In this document: one piece after another, positions 55,650 through 64,000 of the stretch
How positions within the stretch are numbered: the first letter of the stretch is position 1
Layout: every line of letters begins with the position of its first letter
Assembly: GCA_964342185.1 (NCBI GenBank)
Contig: CAYFER010000005.1
Location: forward strand, 18,316-82,315
DNA length: 64,000 nt
Reading direction: 5' to 3'
Source of the DNA: an uncultured Vicinamibacteraceae bacterium
GTDB lineage: Bacteria; Acidobacteriota; Vicinamibacteria; Vicinamibacterales; UBA8438
Position numbers and translations under genes: made by a program
Notes under the pieces: generated by a model
The model's input: only the letters and a program-made list of their open reading frames with translations
Told to the model about the DNA's origin: nothing
The model's database searches: none

Positions 55650-57509
55650 TCAGGGAGCTTCCCGTATCAGACCGTGACCAAGTTGAAACTCCGCGCTTAA
55701 GGCAACAGGCAACCGTCCCCTGATGGAACGTTCTCCAGAAATCGCCCGTACTACTGATTCCTGGGCTAGGTCAGCAACATCATACGTCAACAGAATTGAC
55801 GGAAGTTCGCGGAGGGTCAGTACCGCATACGGATTTCCAAACATCGCCGTAACGAATGGCTGTTCGAGCTCTCTCGCCTTATGTGCAATACTTTTCAGCA
55901 TATCGGTCAACTGATCAGAGAGGTATCCACGACCGTTGAGCGCCGACGCGCGCGCAAACATTCCTACAATAACGCCATCAAAGTGTGCTGCAGTTTCTCT
56001 AATGAGCTCTATTTCAGACACTGGAGTTCGATTAGAGAGCGCCACTGCCGTCACATTAGGCCACCGCTGCCGAAGTGCTGGGATGAATGCCGCGCTTGGG
56101 GTCGTGCCGCCCCAACCGGCCAGACGATCAACGATCGATAAATACAAAAGGTCACCAGACCGTGGAATTCGTAGTGGAACATCTTGCTCGTCATCTTTGA
56201 TAAGTGTCAGGGATTCTTGACTGATCTTTTCGGCTATGGTCAAAGCTTTGCGGGTCCCAACAATCAAAGGTAGTGTGTCGAGACTAACCGCGCGGGACCG
56301 ATGTAACCCTAAGCGCGCTTTTGCACTGAGGATACGTTTCACTGACTCGTTAAGTTGACTTTCTTCGATCGTACCGACCAGAACAGCTTCCTTGACACTC
56401 TCAAATACCCCAGCTTCATCCGGCGAATGCAACACTAGGTCATGGCCGGCGTGAACCGCGCGAAGACCGGCGTCGCTGGGCGTCGCCAGTTCAGTCACCG
56501 CCCGCATTCGTAAAGAATCCGTCACAATCAAGCCATCGAACCCTAATTCCTCCCGCAACAGTTGCCGAACGATTCGAGAACTGAATGTCGCTGGCGTCGA
56601 CGTAGCAGACTCAAGACTCGGTAAAGCAATATGCGCAGTCATCACTGCGTCAACGCCTGACGAGATTCCCTCACGAAAAGGTCTCAGCTCGATTTGATTT
56701 AACCGTTCACGCGGGTGAGTAATGAGCGGCAAACCATAATGTGAATCAACATCTGTATCGCCATGCCCTGGAAAATGCTTGAGTGTCGCCAGCATGCCAC
56801 CATCTCTAAGTCCAGACACATAGGCGTTCGCGAGTTCAGCAACCTTGAGAGGACCCTCTCCAAATGACCGTGTGTTGATAACAGGATTCATTGGATTGTT
56901 GTTGACGTCGACCACCGGTGCCAAGTTGAGATGAATGCCAATTGCCCGGGCCTCACTGGCAGTGATCCGACCCGCTTCGTAGGCGAGTTGAGGGTCACCT
57001 GTGGCTCCAAATGCCATCGCCCTCGGGAAGGTCGTGCCGCCATTCAGACGAAAGCCAATCCCAGTTTCGAAATCGGCCGCCACTAATAACGGTACAGCGG
57101 AGATAGATTGAAGACGATTTATTAACGAGGCAGCATTTAACGGTTGGCCGCGTGTGTTTCGCGTGTAGGCTTGATTTAGAAGTACATCCGGCTGCGCCTG
57201 AGGCGTGCCAAAAACCAGCATGCCTCCCACGTGATATTCATGCACTAGTTTGACAAGTTCGTCGTAGGTGTCACTATCGCTGCTGACAAATTCTGAGAAA
57301 AATGAGGGCACAATTAGCTGCCCAACTTTTTCGTCTAGGCTCATTCCACTGATCGTGTCATCAACCCAGCCTCGTGCCTCTTCGTCAAGAGCCACAGAGA
57401 CAGCATTAGAACGTAGGCCAACCGATGCGACCAGAAGCGCCATTACCCACGCCGCCGCCGTCAGATAGTTCCGCAAGCTCCTCGGCACACTTCGATAGTA
57501 GGGGCTCAC
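55650..57509 (-). CDS. glycoside hydrolase family 3 protein (NagZ-like beta-N-acetylhexosaminidase with extra C-terminal domain), secreted
   Basis: 619 aa with a signal anchor. KVGQL, ...D.E.G...R and KHFPGHGDTDVDSH are typical of GH3/NagZ. Confidence 0.85.
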   Translation of the reverse strand: MSPYYRSVPRSLRNYLTAAAWVMALLVASVGLRSNAVSVALDEEARGWVDDTISGMSLDEKVGQLIVPSFFSEFVSSDSDTYDELVKLVHEYHVGGMLVFGTPQAQPDVLLNQAYTRNTRGQPLNAASLINRLQSISAVPLLVAADFETGIGFRLNGGTTFPRAMAFGATGDPQLAYEAGRITASEARAIGIHLNLAPVVDVNNNPMNPVINTRSFGEGPLKVAELANAYVSGLRDGGMLATLKHFPGHGDTDVDSHYGLPLITHPRERLNQIELRPFREGISSGVDAVMTAHIALPSLESATSTPATFSSRIVRQLLREELGFDGLIVTDSLRMRAVTELATPSDAGLRAVHAGHDLVLHSPDEAGVFESVKEAVLVGTIEESQLNESVKRILSAKARLGLHRSRAVSLDTLPLIVGTRKALTIAEKISQESLTLIKDDEQDVPLRIPRSGDLLYLSIVDRLAGWGGTTPSAAFIPALRQRWPNVTAVALSNRTPVSEIELIRETAAHFDGVIVGMFARASALNGRGYLSDQLTDMLKSIAHKARELEQPFVTAMFGNPYAVLTLRELPSILLTYDVADLAQESVVRAISGERSIRGRLPVALSAEFQLGHGLIREAP

Positions 57510-57578
57510 CGCAATAGGCGCAAGTCAACCACCCATCTCAAACGAGGCCTTAGCCTATAGAGTGGCTATAATCGGTCT

Positions 57579-58082
57579 ATGAGTCACCTAGCGCATCGGC
57601 AGGCAGCACCAAAAACTGTTCACTGCTACGTTTTAACGATAAGCGACACACGCACGAATGACACAGACTCAGGTGGGCAAACTATCGTGGATCTTTTGAC
57701 TGATAAGGGACATGACGTAGTGGGAAAGACAATTATTCCCGATGACCCGGAACGAGTCCGAGAGGCAGTCCAAGCACAATTAGCTGATGACGTCGTCCAA
57801 GCTATTCTGACCACGGGTGGCACGGGTATTAGTTCGCGAGATCAGACTTATGAAGCCATTAGCAGTATTCTCGAGAAGCGCATTGACGGTTTTGGAGAGT
57901 TGTTTCGAGCTTTGAGTTACGCGGAAGTCGGTACCGCCGCCATGTTAACTCGGGCGTTAGCAGGGACTGCCTGTCGAAAGATCATCATCAGTATTCCGGG
58001 ATCGGAGAACGCGGTCCGTCTCGCAATGACGAAACTAGTACTTCCTGAACTTGGACATCTTGTCAGAGAGGTCTCACGCTAA
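57579..58082 (+). CDS. moaB: molybdenum cofactor biosynthesis protein B (MoaB/Mog family)
   Basis: 167 aa. ...LTISDTR...D.SG..I..LL...GH.V......PD, then ILTTGGTGISSRD. Confidence 0.8.
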   Translation: MSHLAHRQAAPKTVHCYVLTISDTRTNDTDSGGQTIVDLLTDKGHDVVGKTIIPDDPERVREAVQAQLADDVVQAILTTGGTGISSRDQTYEAISSILEKRIDGFGELFRALSYAEVGTAAMLTRALAGTACRKIIISIPGSENAVRLAMTKLVLPELGHLVREVSR

Positions 58083-58088
58083 ATAACG

Positions 58089-59330
58089 ATGACGGATTCG
58101 AAACAGCATTCCGATACGAAAATGCGACCAATTCGGGACACTATCCCAATCGCCGAAGCTCTAGAACTGATTCTGAGTTCCGTGCTGCCAGTCACGAGAA
58201 CATCACACGTCGATCTGACAGATGCTCACCGACGTGTATTGTCATCAAACATCACGGCAAAGCAGGATGTTCCTCCTTTCAATCGCGCTGCAATGGACGG
58301 TTTTGCAGTGATAGCCGAAGATACTTTTGGTGCTAGTCGACAGAAGCCACAACTTTTACGTTGCGTAGAAGCCGTGCATACTGGAAACGTCCCGACAAAA
58401 ATTTTATCTCAACGCGAATGTGCGGAGATTGCGACCGGCGCTCCAATGCCGGATGGGTCCAATGCTGTCGTCATGGTCGAAGAAACGGCTCGAACTTCAG
58501 ACGGCGACATCCAAGTATTTACTCCGGTGTATCCAAACCAGCATGTTGGCCAACGAGGTGCTGACATCTCACATGGTGAAGTCATCCTGAATACGGGAGA
58601 CATCTTGATACCAAGTCGATTGGGCTCAATCGCAGCACTCGGACTCGCCAATGTTGACGTATTTGATCGGCCCAATGTGGCCATTCTTTCAACCGGGAAT
58701 GAAATCGTTCAACCCGGTCAACCACTTGGCCCAGGTCAAATTTATGACATTAATCGTTTTACGCTCGGAGCCGTCATTCGTGAACACGGTGGTGTAGCCA
58801 TGAATTACCCAACGGTGGTCGACACACTTCCTTCCTTAGCAGCAGCGGTTGACGCGTGTCTCGACAGTGACATCCTCGTTTTTTCTGGTGGAAGTTCGGT
58901 TGGCGAGCGCGATCTTACTCTTGACGTACTTGAACAGAAAGGCACCGTGGTGTTTCACGGCATCGCCGTCAAGCCCGGTAAACCAACTATCTTTGGACAC
59001 ATTGATGGCACACCGGTACTTGGCATGCCTGGCTATCCCACTTCATGCCTTTCCAACGCGTACATGTTGTTAATTCCAATGCTTCGGAAAATGGCGAACC
59101 TCCCTGCGAATCAGATGCGAATTATTGAGGTTCGTACTGCCCAGCGGTTTGTCTCCACAACAGGCCGCCATCAATTTTTCACGGTACGAATCGAAAACGG
59201 TAAAGCAGTCGCCGCCTTCAAGGCATCTGGGGACATCACGAGCATGTCGCAGGCAGACGGATTTATCGAGATTGGCGCGCAAACCGACATCGTGGAACAA
59301 GGTGAAACAGTAGAGGTGAAATTGTTTTAG
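58089..59330 (+). CDS. moeA: molybdopterin molybdenumtransferase MoeA
   Basis: 413 aa. ...PPF.RAAMDG.AV, GAPMPDG.NAVVM.E, STG.E, SGG.SVGE.D and G.A.KPGKP. Full MoeA architecture. Confidence 0.9.
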   Translation: MTDSKQHSDTKMRPIRDTIPIAEALELILSSVLPVTRTSHVDLTDAHRRVLSSNITAKQDVPPFNRAAMDGFAVIAEDTFGASRQKPQLLRCVEAVHTGNVPTKILSQRECAEIATGAPMPDGSNAVVMVEETARTSDGDIQVFTPVYPNQHVGQRGADISHGEVILNTGDILIPSRLGSIAALGLANVDVFDRPNVAILSTGNEIVQPGQPLGPGQIYDINRFTLGAVIREHGGVAMNYPTVVDTLPSLAAAVDACLDSDILVFSGGSSVGERDLTLDVLEQKGTVVFHGIAVKPGKPTIFGHIDGTPVLGMPGYPTSCLSNAYMLLIPMLRKMANLPANQMRIIEVRTAQRFVSTTGRHQFFTVRIENGKAVAAFKASGDITSMSQADGFIEIGAQTDIVEQGETVEVKLF

Positions 59331-59399
59331 TAATTACTAGATAGAAGTAGCTGGAACCACGTCCGTAACACTAGTAAGCATTCCAGAAACGACGGGACG

Positions 59400-59915
59400 T
59401 CAAGCCCGAATCTGCTTGCCAATTTCTGTATTTTGATTGTCGGAATTCTTGGCCCGCTTTTCCAGCGTTCTTGCCCATTCGAGTTCAAGTTCGTCCGCCG
59501 TGGCAAGATCGAATACTGGCGCACTTGGCTTGTAAGCACCGCGAAACACCGTGTGACAACGATAGCAAACCGTGACGTCCTTCAGCCGACGATAAACAAG
59601 CAAATCAAGAAGAGCAAATACACCGAGAACCGCGTAAGCAATTAGATCAAGTCCAAACCAGTAAAACCCCATACTAGTCAAGATCATGATGATAATCACC
59701 GACAGGCCACGGTTGGGATCAAAATCCCGACGTACATAGAAATCAGACCCTGTGCATACCGGACACACATCGACGGCCTGATCACCTCGAATATTCTCAG
59801 AAACAGCCAATGGAATCGTAAGGCCGCAGCGCCCACAAGTTGCCGCATCGGGAGCATTAACCGCGTCGAATGGAAGTTTGCCCGAGCAATCCGGACATTT
59901 CAGAATGACTCGCAT
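59400..59915 (-). CDS. zinc-ribbon membrane protein, function unknown
   Basis: 171 aa. CxxC pairs (CPDCSG..., CGRCG, CPVCTG, CYRCH) flank two TM helices (LSVIIIMILTSMGFYWF, LIAYAVLGVFALLDLLVY). Confidence 0.5.
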   Translation of the reverse strand: MRVILKCPDCSGKLPFDAVNAPDAATCGRCGLTIPLAVSENIRGDQAVDVCPVCTGSDFYVRRDFDPNRGLSVIIIMILTSMGFYWFGLDLIAYAVLGVFALLDLLVYRRLKDVTVCYRCHTVFRGAYKPSAPVFDLATADELELEWARTLEKRAKNSDNQNTEIGKQIRA

Positions 59916-59931
59916 ACAATCCTAATCCCGC

Positions 59932-60732
59932 TCATACGGGAACCTGTGTCGACAAAAGCAGATATTTCGCTAAGACTTCTCCAACCACAACCGTAAAGAA
60001 ATCTACATACAAAATACCGGTGGCCGACTGCGTCGACTGGATCTTGGCCGTTTGCCAGACCAAATACGACAATACCGCGGGAGAAGCTAATCCAAACAGT
60101 AAACGCTGCCAGAGAAACACGCCATCAAGTGAAACTGCATACTGACCGTACCCGGCCCCAGACGGTGCTTGCCAACTAGACAACGCGACCGCGACCACGG
60201 CCACCACAACTACCGTTCGGACAACAGTCGATCCAATGTGAAATTTGACCATCGACTGTAACAGCGAGACATTCATGGACGGCAAGACCAAATACCAGTG
60301 CCCGAGAATCATGGCGGTGCAAGCGCCACCCAAAAGCGCCGCGGAAGAAAGGAAACTGACCACGGTCAGTGCCGCAAATGACGGCACCTGTCCCGAGGAC
60401 AAACCCATCCCCTGAAACACCAGTGCCAGACCACCGACAACCACTGTCGTCCACAGGAGCCACGGCCTTAAATTAGCCAATCCTCGACCAAAAGACGCCC
60501 AGTAGACGAGCAGGGAACCCGTGGCCACTATAAGAGCAGTAAACCCAGCCGACTCTAGAAGATTAACCGACACCGGGGTGGGTCGAAAGGCCAACGCGAC
60601 CAACAGTAGCACCGCAGCAAGTCCGGCGTTAAACCGAAAGAACTGCGTGCCAGCTGTACTCGCAACAATCAGAAGGGTTGCAGCAATACCAATCCCAAGA
60701 TGTGCCAAGAAGAGAAAGAGGACAGAGGACAT
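59932..60732 (-). CDS. hypothetical polytopic membrane protein (about 8 TM)
   Basis: 266 aa, hydrophobic throughout. No recognisable motif. Lies on the same strand between sod and the zinc-ribbon gene with short gaps. Confidence 0.5.
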   Translation of the reverse strand: MSSVLFLFLAHLGIGIAATLLIVASTAGTQFFRFNAGLAAVLLLVALAFRPTPVSVNLLESAGFTALIVATGSLLVYWASFGRGLANLRPWLLWTTVVVGGLALVFQGMGLSSGQVPSFAALTVVSFLSSAALLGGACTAMILGHWYLVLPSMNVSLLQSMVKFHIGSTVVRTVVVVAVVAVALSSWQAPSGAGYGQYAVSLDGVFLWQRLLFGLASPAVLSYLVWQTAKIQSTQSATGILYVDFFTVVVGEVLAKYLLLSTQVPV

Positions 60733-60771
60733 TGTCTTGCGAGATTTCCGACTTCTCAGCTACCGATAACT

Positions 60772-61371
60772 TTAGCCCAGACGTCGATTTACCTCATCCC
60801 AATTGATTACGTTGAGCCAAGCTTTCACGTAGTCAGGACGCCGGTTCTGATAGTTCAGATAGTAGGCATGCTCCCATACGTCAATCCCTAGAATTGGTTT
60901 CTTCCCTTCCATTAAGGGCGTATCCTGATTTGGGGTACTTTCAACACTCAAAGTATCACCCCCGTCGACTAGCCACGCCCAGCCACTTCCGAACCTGGTA
61001 GCCGCGGCGGTAGCAAACTGTTCTGTGAAGGCCTCATACGATCCAAATACACTGGTGATTACTTCAGCCACCTTTCCGGTTGGGGACCCGCCACCAGACG
61101 GCGCCATCAACTGCCAGAACATAGCGTGGTTTGCGTGTCCACCACCATTGTTCCGCACAGCACCTCGAATCGCTTCGGGAACACTTCCAAGATCAGAAAC
61201 CAATTGATCGATATTCTTAGCCGCTAGGTCATCATGGCCATCGAGCGCCGCGTTAAGTTTCGCGATGTACGTCGCATGGTGTTTGTCATGATGAATCCGC
61301 ATCGTCTGTTCATCAATGTGCGGTTCAAGAGCATTGTAATCATAGGGCAACAGCGGCAATTCATAGGCCAT
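60772..61371 (-). CDS. Fe/Mn superoxide dismutase
   Basis: 199 aa. [32 protein letters not shown] and ...[14 protein letters not shown] did not attempt to assign metal specificity. Confidence 0.95.
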   Translation of the reverse strand: MAYELPLLPYDYNALEPHIDEQTMRIHHDKHHATYIAKLNAALDGHDDLAAKNIDQLVSDLGSVPEAIRGAVRNNGGGHANHAMFWQLMAPSGGGSPTGKVAEVITSVFGSYEAFTEQFATAAATRFGSGWAWLVDGGDTLSVESTPNQDTPLMEGKKPILGIDVWEHAYYLNYQNRRPDYVKAWLNVINWDEVNRRLG

Positions 61372-61464
61372 GGATGATTTCTCCTTTCGAGGACAACGGA
61401 ACTTAATCTCTAACGCTACAGTCTAAATCCCATCGGTCTAGAACCACGCTAGAAAGACGACAGT

Positions 61465-62595
61465 TTAGTGGATGCTAAGCATTCGGTCGAGCGCGACACG
61501 AGTCCATCGCTTCTCACGGTCGGACACAGTGATCTGATTACGCACCTCACCTTCGAGCAGACCTTCAAGCACCCACAGAAGATGATTGGGCGACACCCGG
61601 AACATCGTCGAACATAGGCAGCCAATTGGATCCAACGTCAGCACCGTCCGATCAGGAGCCAGAGTCTCTGCTAACCGACTCACCAGATGAACTTCTGTGC
61701 CCACCGCCCAGACAGAGCCTTCCGGGCTGTCGTGGATCTGTCGGATGATGTATTCGGTCGACCCAGAATCATCCGCCGCCTGTACGACGTCCCAAGTACA
61801 TTCGGGGTGAACAATAACCCGAACATTTGGATGACGTTGCCTCACGGAGTTCACTTGCTGTACGTTAAATTTCGTGTGAACCGAGCAGTGACCCTTCCAA
61901 AGAATCATTCTCGCTCGCCTCAATGCTTCAGGGTCCACTCCACCAAATGGGATATCTGGATCCCAAACGACCATCTGGTCTAACGGAACACCCATGGCAT
62001 AGGCGGTGTTTCTACCCAGATGCTGGTCAGGTAGAAAAAGAATCTGGTCGCCACGTTCCCAAGCCCATTGCAGCGTCGCATCTGCGTTACTTGAGGTGCA
62101 AACAACACCATCTCGCTCTCCACAGAACGCCTTAATCGACGCAGCTGAATTGATATAGGTAACAGGTATCACCCGATGGGCGCCCATTGTCTCCAATTCA
62201 GACCAGCAAACCTCCAACTGGTCCGACGCCGCCATGTCGGCCATGGAACATCCAGCGGCTAAATCGGGAAGAATAACCTGCTGGTCTTGACCGCTGAGCA
62301 CATCTGCACTCTCAGCCATAAAGTGAACACCGCAAAAAACAATATACTCGGCGTCCCGCTGAGCCGCAGCCTGTCTGGACAATTTGAACGAATCTCCGGT
62401 GTGGTCGGCAAATTCAATCACTTCGTCACGCTGATAGTGATGACCGAGAATCAATAATCGTTGTCCAAGTACCTTACGAGCCTCGGCGATTCTGCTGCGC
62501 ATTTCGTCATCCGGCAACCCTAGGTAGGAATCGGGCAATGATTGCCGCTCCTCAATGTGCAGCTTCTCGTAATCAGTCAACAAGTTAACAGTCAT
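61465..62595 (-). CDS. nadA: quinolinate synthase
   Basis: 376 aa. ...ILGHHYQ..EV...AD..GDS..L..., CGVHFMAE, C.MA, ...HPEC. Long-form NadA. Confidence 0.9.
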   Translation of the reverse strand: MTVNLLTDYEKLHIEERQSLPDSYLGLPDDEMRSRIAEARKVLGQRLLILGHHYQRDEVIEFADHTGDSFKLSRQAAAQRDAEYIVFCGVHFMAESADVLSGQDQQVILPDLAAGCSMADMAASDQLEVCWSELETMGAHRVIPVTYINSAASIKAFCGERDGVVCTSSNADATLQWAWERGDQILFLPDQHLGRNTAYAMGVPLDQMVVWDPDIPFGGVDPEALRRARMILWKGHCSVHTKFNVQQVNSVRQRHPNVRVIVHPECTWDVVQAADDSGSTEYIIRQIHDSPEGSVWAVGTEVHLVSRLAETLAPDRTVLTLDPIGCLCSTMFRVSPNHLLWVLEGLLEGEVRNQITVSDREKRWTRVALDRMLSIH

Positions 62596-62650
62596 GGCAA
62601 ATATTGTGAAACTTTTCTCAAGCAGTGGACGCTAAAAAGGTCAAATCTCA

Positions 62651-62674
62651 CCCGGCTTCTTGAACAAGGCCGGG
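62651..62674 (-). terminator. hairpin downstream of the radical SAM gene (possible terminator)
   Basis: CCCGGCTT-CTTGAACA-AGGCCGGG gives an 8-bp stem including one G-U pair. On the minus strand it is followed by UGAGAUUUGACCUUUUU. The U-tract is not adjacent, so this is weak. Confidence 0.3.
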
Positions 62675-62735
62675 AGCGACCTGACCTAGAGCTAGTCTAC
62701 CACGCTTAGAAACGATTCCGCGCTGTTTCAAACGG

Positions 62736-63827
62736 TCAGGACACCACGTTATATAGGGTGTCCCGTTCGATGGGTTGACGCCCGGCATCACAGATCAGAA
62801 CACCGATTTGTTCCGGCGTCATTGCTTCTGGCGTTGACGCACCTGCCATGTGGTATATCCGTTCCTCTTGGACAGTCCCATCTAGATCATCAACACCGAA
62901 CCAGAGAGACGTTTGTGCAACTTCTAAACCCGTAGCAATCCAAAAAGCTTTTACGTGGGGAATATTGTCAAGCATCAATCTGGCGACCGCATGGACACGT
63001 AATGAATCAATTGCCGTTGGCGCCGGCAACTTCTTCATTTGATTATTCTCAGGGTGAAACGCCAAAGGAATAAATGCCTGAAACCCACCAGTCTCATCCT
63101 GCAATGCGCGAGCCCGCAGCATATGATCCACACGCTCTTCAATCGTCTCAATGTGCCCATAGAGCATCGTGACGTTTGATTTCATGCCAAGACGGTGAGC
63201 CGTCGCATGGATTCCAAGCCACCGCGTCGTCCCACATTTGTCGTGGCAGATCTTTTGGCGAACTCGTTCAGAAAAAACCTCCGCGCCACCACCGGGCAAT
63301 GAATCAAGCCCCGCATCTATCAACTCAAGTAATACCTGTTCGTCAGTCTTACCATAGAGATCGGCAAAGAACGCAATTTCAACTGCTGTAAAACATTTCA
63401 GATGGATATCAGGCCGAATGTCCTTAAAGCCTTTGAGCAATTTGGTGTAGTAGTCAAAAGGTAGGTCCGGGTGTAAACCATTGACAACATGTACTTCCGT
63501 CAAGGCCTGGTCACCGCGATCTCGAAGCTTCTGCCATGCCTGCTCGAGCGACATTGTGTAGGCTCCAGAATCACCTGGTTGCAGACGAGCAAAAGAACAG
63601 AACAGACAACTCGCTACACAGACATTAGTAGCTTCGAGACGAAGGTTATGATTGAAAAAAGTCTGGGCGCCATACCGCCGCTCACGTTCACGGTTCGCTA
63701 ACCAGCCAACAGCCAGTAAGTCCGGACATTCAAAGAGGCGGACTCCGTCCGCCAGACTCAGGCGGATCCCGTCGTCAAGCTTTAATTTAATCTCTTGAAG
63801 CCCACTCGCGGCGAGCCGATCCAGCAT
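62736..63827 (-). CDS. radical SAM enzyme of the futalosine menaquinone pathway (MqnC/MqnE, CofH-like family)
   Basis: 363 aa. Cluster motif TNVCVASCLFCSF, GG.E, ...NVTMLYGHIET.EERV.H......LQ..TGGF..FIPL. I cannot separate MqnC from MqnE by eye. Confidence 0.75.
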   Translation of the reverse strand: MLDRLAASGLQEIKLKLDDGIRLSLADGVRLFECPDLLAVGWLANRERERRYGAQTFFNHNLRLEATNVCVASCLFCSFARLQPGDSGAYTMSLEQAWQKLRDRGDQALTEVHVVNGLHPDLPFDYYTKLLKGFKDIRPDIHLKCFTAVEIAFFADLYGKTDEQVLLELIDAGLDSLPGGGAEVFSERVRQKICHDKCGTTRWLGIHATAHRLGMKSNVTMLYGHIETIEERVDHMLRARALQDETGGFQAFIPLAFHPENNQMKKLPAPTAIDSLRVHAVARLMLDNIPHVKAFWIATGLEVAQTSLWFGVDDLDGTVQEERIYHMAGASTPEAMTPEQIGVLICDAGRQPIERDTLYNVVS

Positions 63828-64000
63828 GAGTACCTGAAGGCTTAAACGAGACCGGAACTGATCTCGTTTCTAATGTCGAATAACTATGTTATGCGATAAA
63901 AACTTCGTTCATCAACTGCAGGAACGTTTGCTAAATGGGGTCTCAGTTATACTATGTCCTGTTCGACGCTTCCTGGTGAGCATGGGAAGTGGGTGCAAAT

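Noticed and set aside
57510-57578. Possible Moco riboswitch or promoter upstream of moaB (TATAAT at about 57563-57568)
   Set aside because: Only about 70 nt are available, which is too short for the Moco RNA motif, and I saw no matching conserved core. I found no acceptable -35 element at 17 +/- 1 nt, so I did not call a promoter.
63855-63880. 8-bp inverted repeat AAACGAGA-N10-TCTCGTTT upstream of the radical SAM gene
   Set aside because: It could be a terminator of an unseen upstream gene or a 5' UTR structure. There is no clear U-tract and no context inside the window to decide.
63954-64000. Possible start of a plus-strand gene at the right edge (ATGTCCTGTTCGACG... after TATACT)
   Set aside because: Only about 15 codons are visible, with no ribosome-binding site or recognisable sequence, so it cannot be supported.

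Overview
Densely coded bacterial chromosomal window with genes on both strands and no obvious mobile elements, CRISPR arrays or known defence genes. The housekeeping backbone is: tilS (runs off the left edge), tRNA(CAU), queA, fabH, ruvB, ruvA, ruvC, a yebC-like gene, glycolate oxidase glcD/E/F, recR, ybaB, dnaX, SRP RNA, tadA, a UbiD-type decarboxylase, a cimA/leuA-like gene, moaB, moeA, sod, nadA and a futalosine-pathway radical SAM gene. I found five tRNAs: CAU, Asn-GTT, Ser-GGA, Ser-CGA and Arg-ACG. Between these lie many signal-peptide-bearing or membrane accessory genes. The CarboxypepD_reg-type TonB-dependent receptor and the density of LRR/TPR/NHL/FG-GAP proteins suggest an Acidobacteriota-like, possibly marine or host-associated, organism; this is inference only. 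Main observations: (1) A peroxiredoxin-like thioredoxin-fold gene is interrupted by an in-frame TGA exactly at the first Cys of its CxxC motif, with a SECIS-like hairpin just downstream. It is a candidate selenoprotein that the ORF track splits. (2) Five paralogues of an unnamed secreted protein family (motifs PRTPWGxPDLQGIW, WxGDSRGxWEGDTLVV, YEYxCHEGNY) occur, three of them clustered. (3) In the 45.5-54.5 kb neighbourhood a c-type-haem (CxxCH) domain is fused to a peptidylglycine-hydroxylating-monooxygenase-like copper domain and TPRs. About 2 kb away is a secreted NHL propeller with striking local similarity to peptidyl-alpha-hydroxyglycine amidating lyase, with an ICMT-like carboxyl methyltransferase between them. 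This looks like a possible split bacterial 'PAM-like' C-terminal peptide-modification system. Lesser items: a desaturase operon with a minimal intramembrane histidine kinase and response regulator; a tRNA(CAU) 18 nt upstream of tilS; an AT-rich 0.5 kb leader before the TonB-dependent receptor; and two disrupted genes plus one gene remnant. All functional calls come from reading the translated ORFs and motifs from memory. No database search was run.
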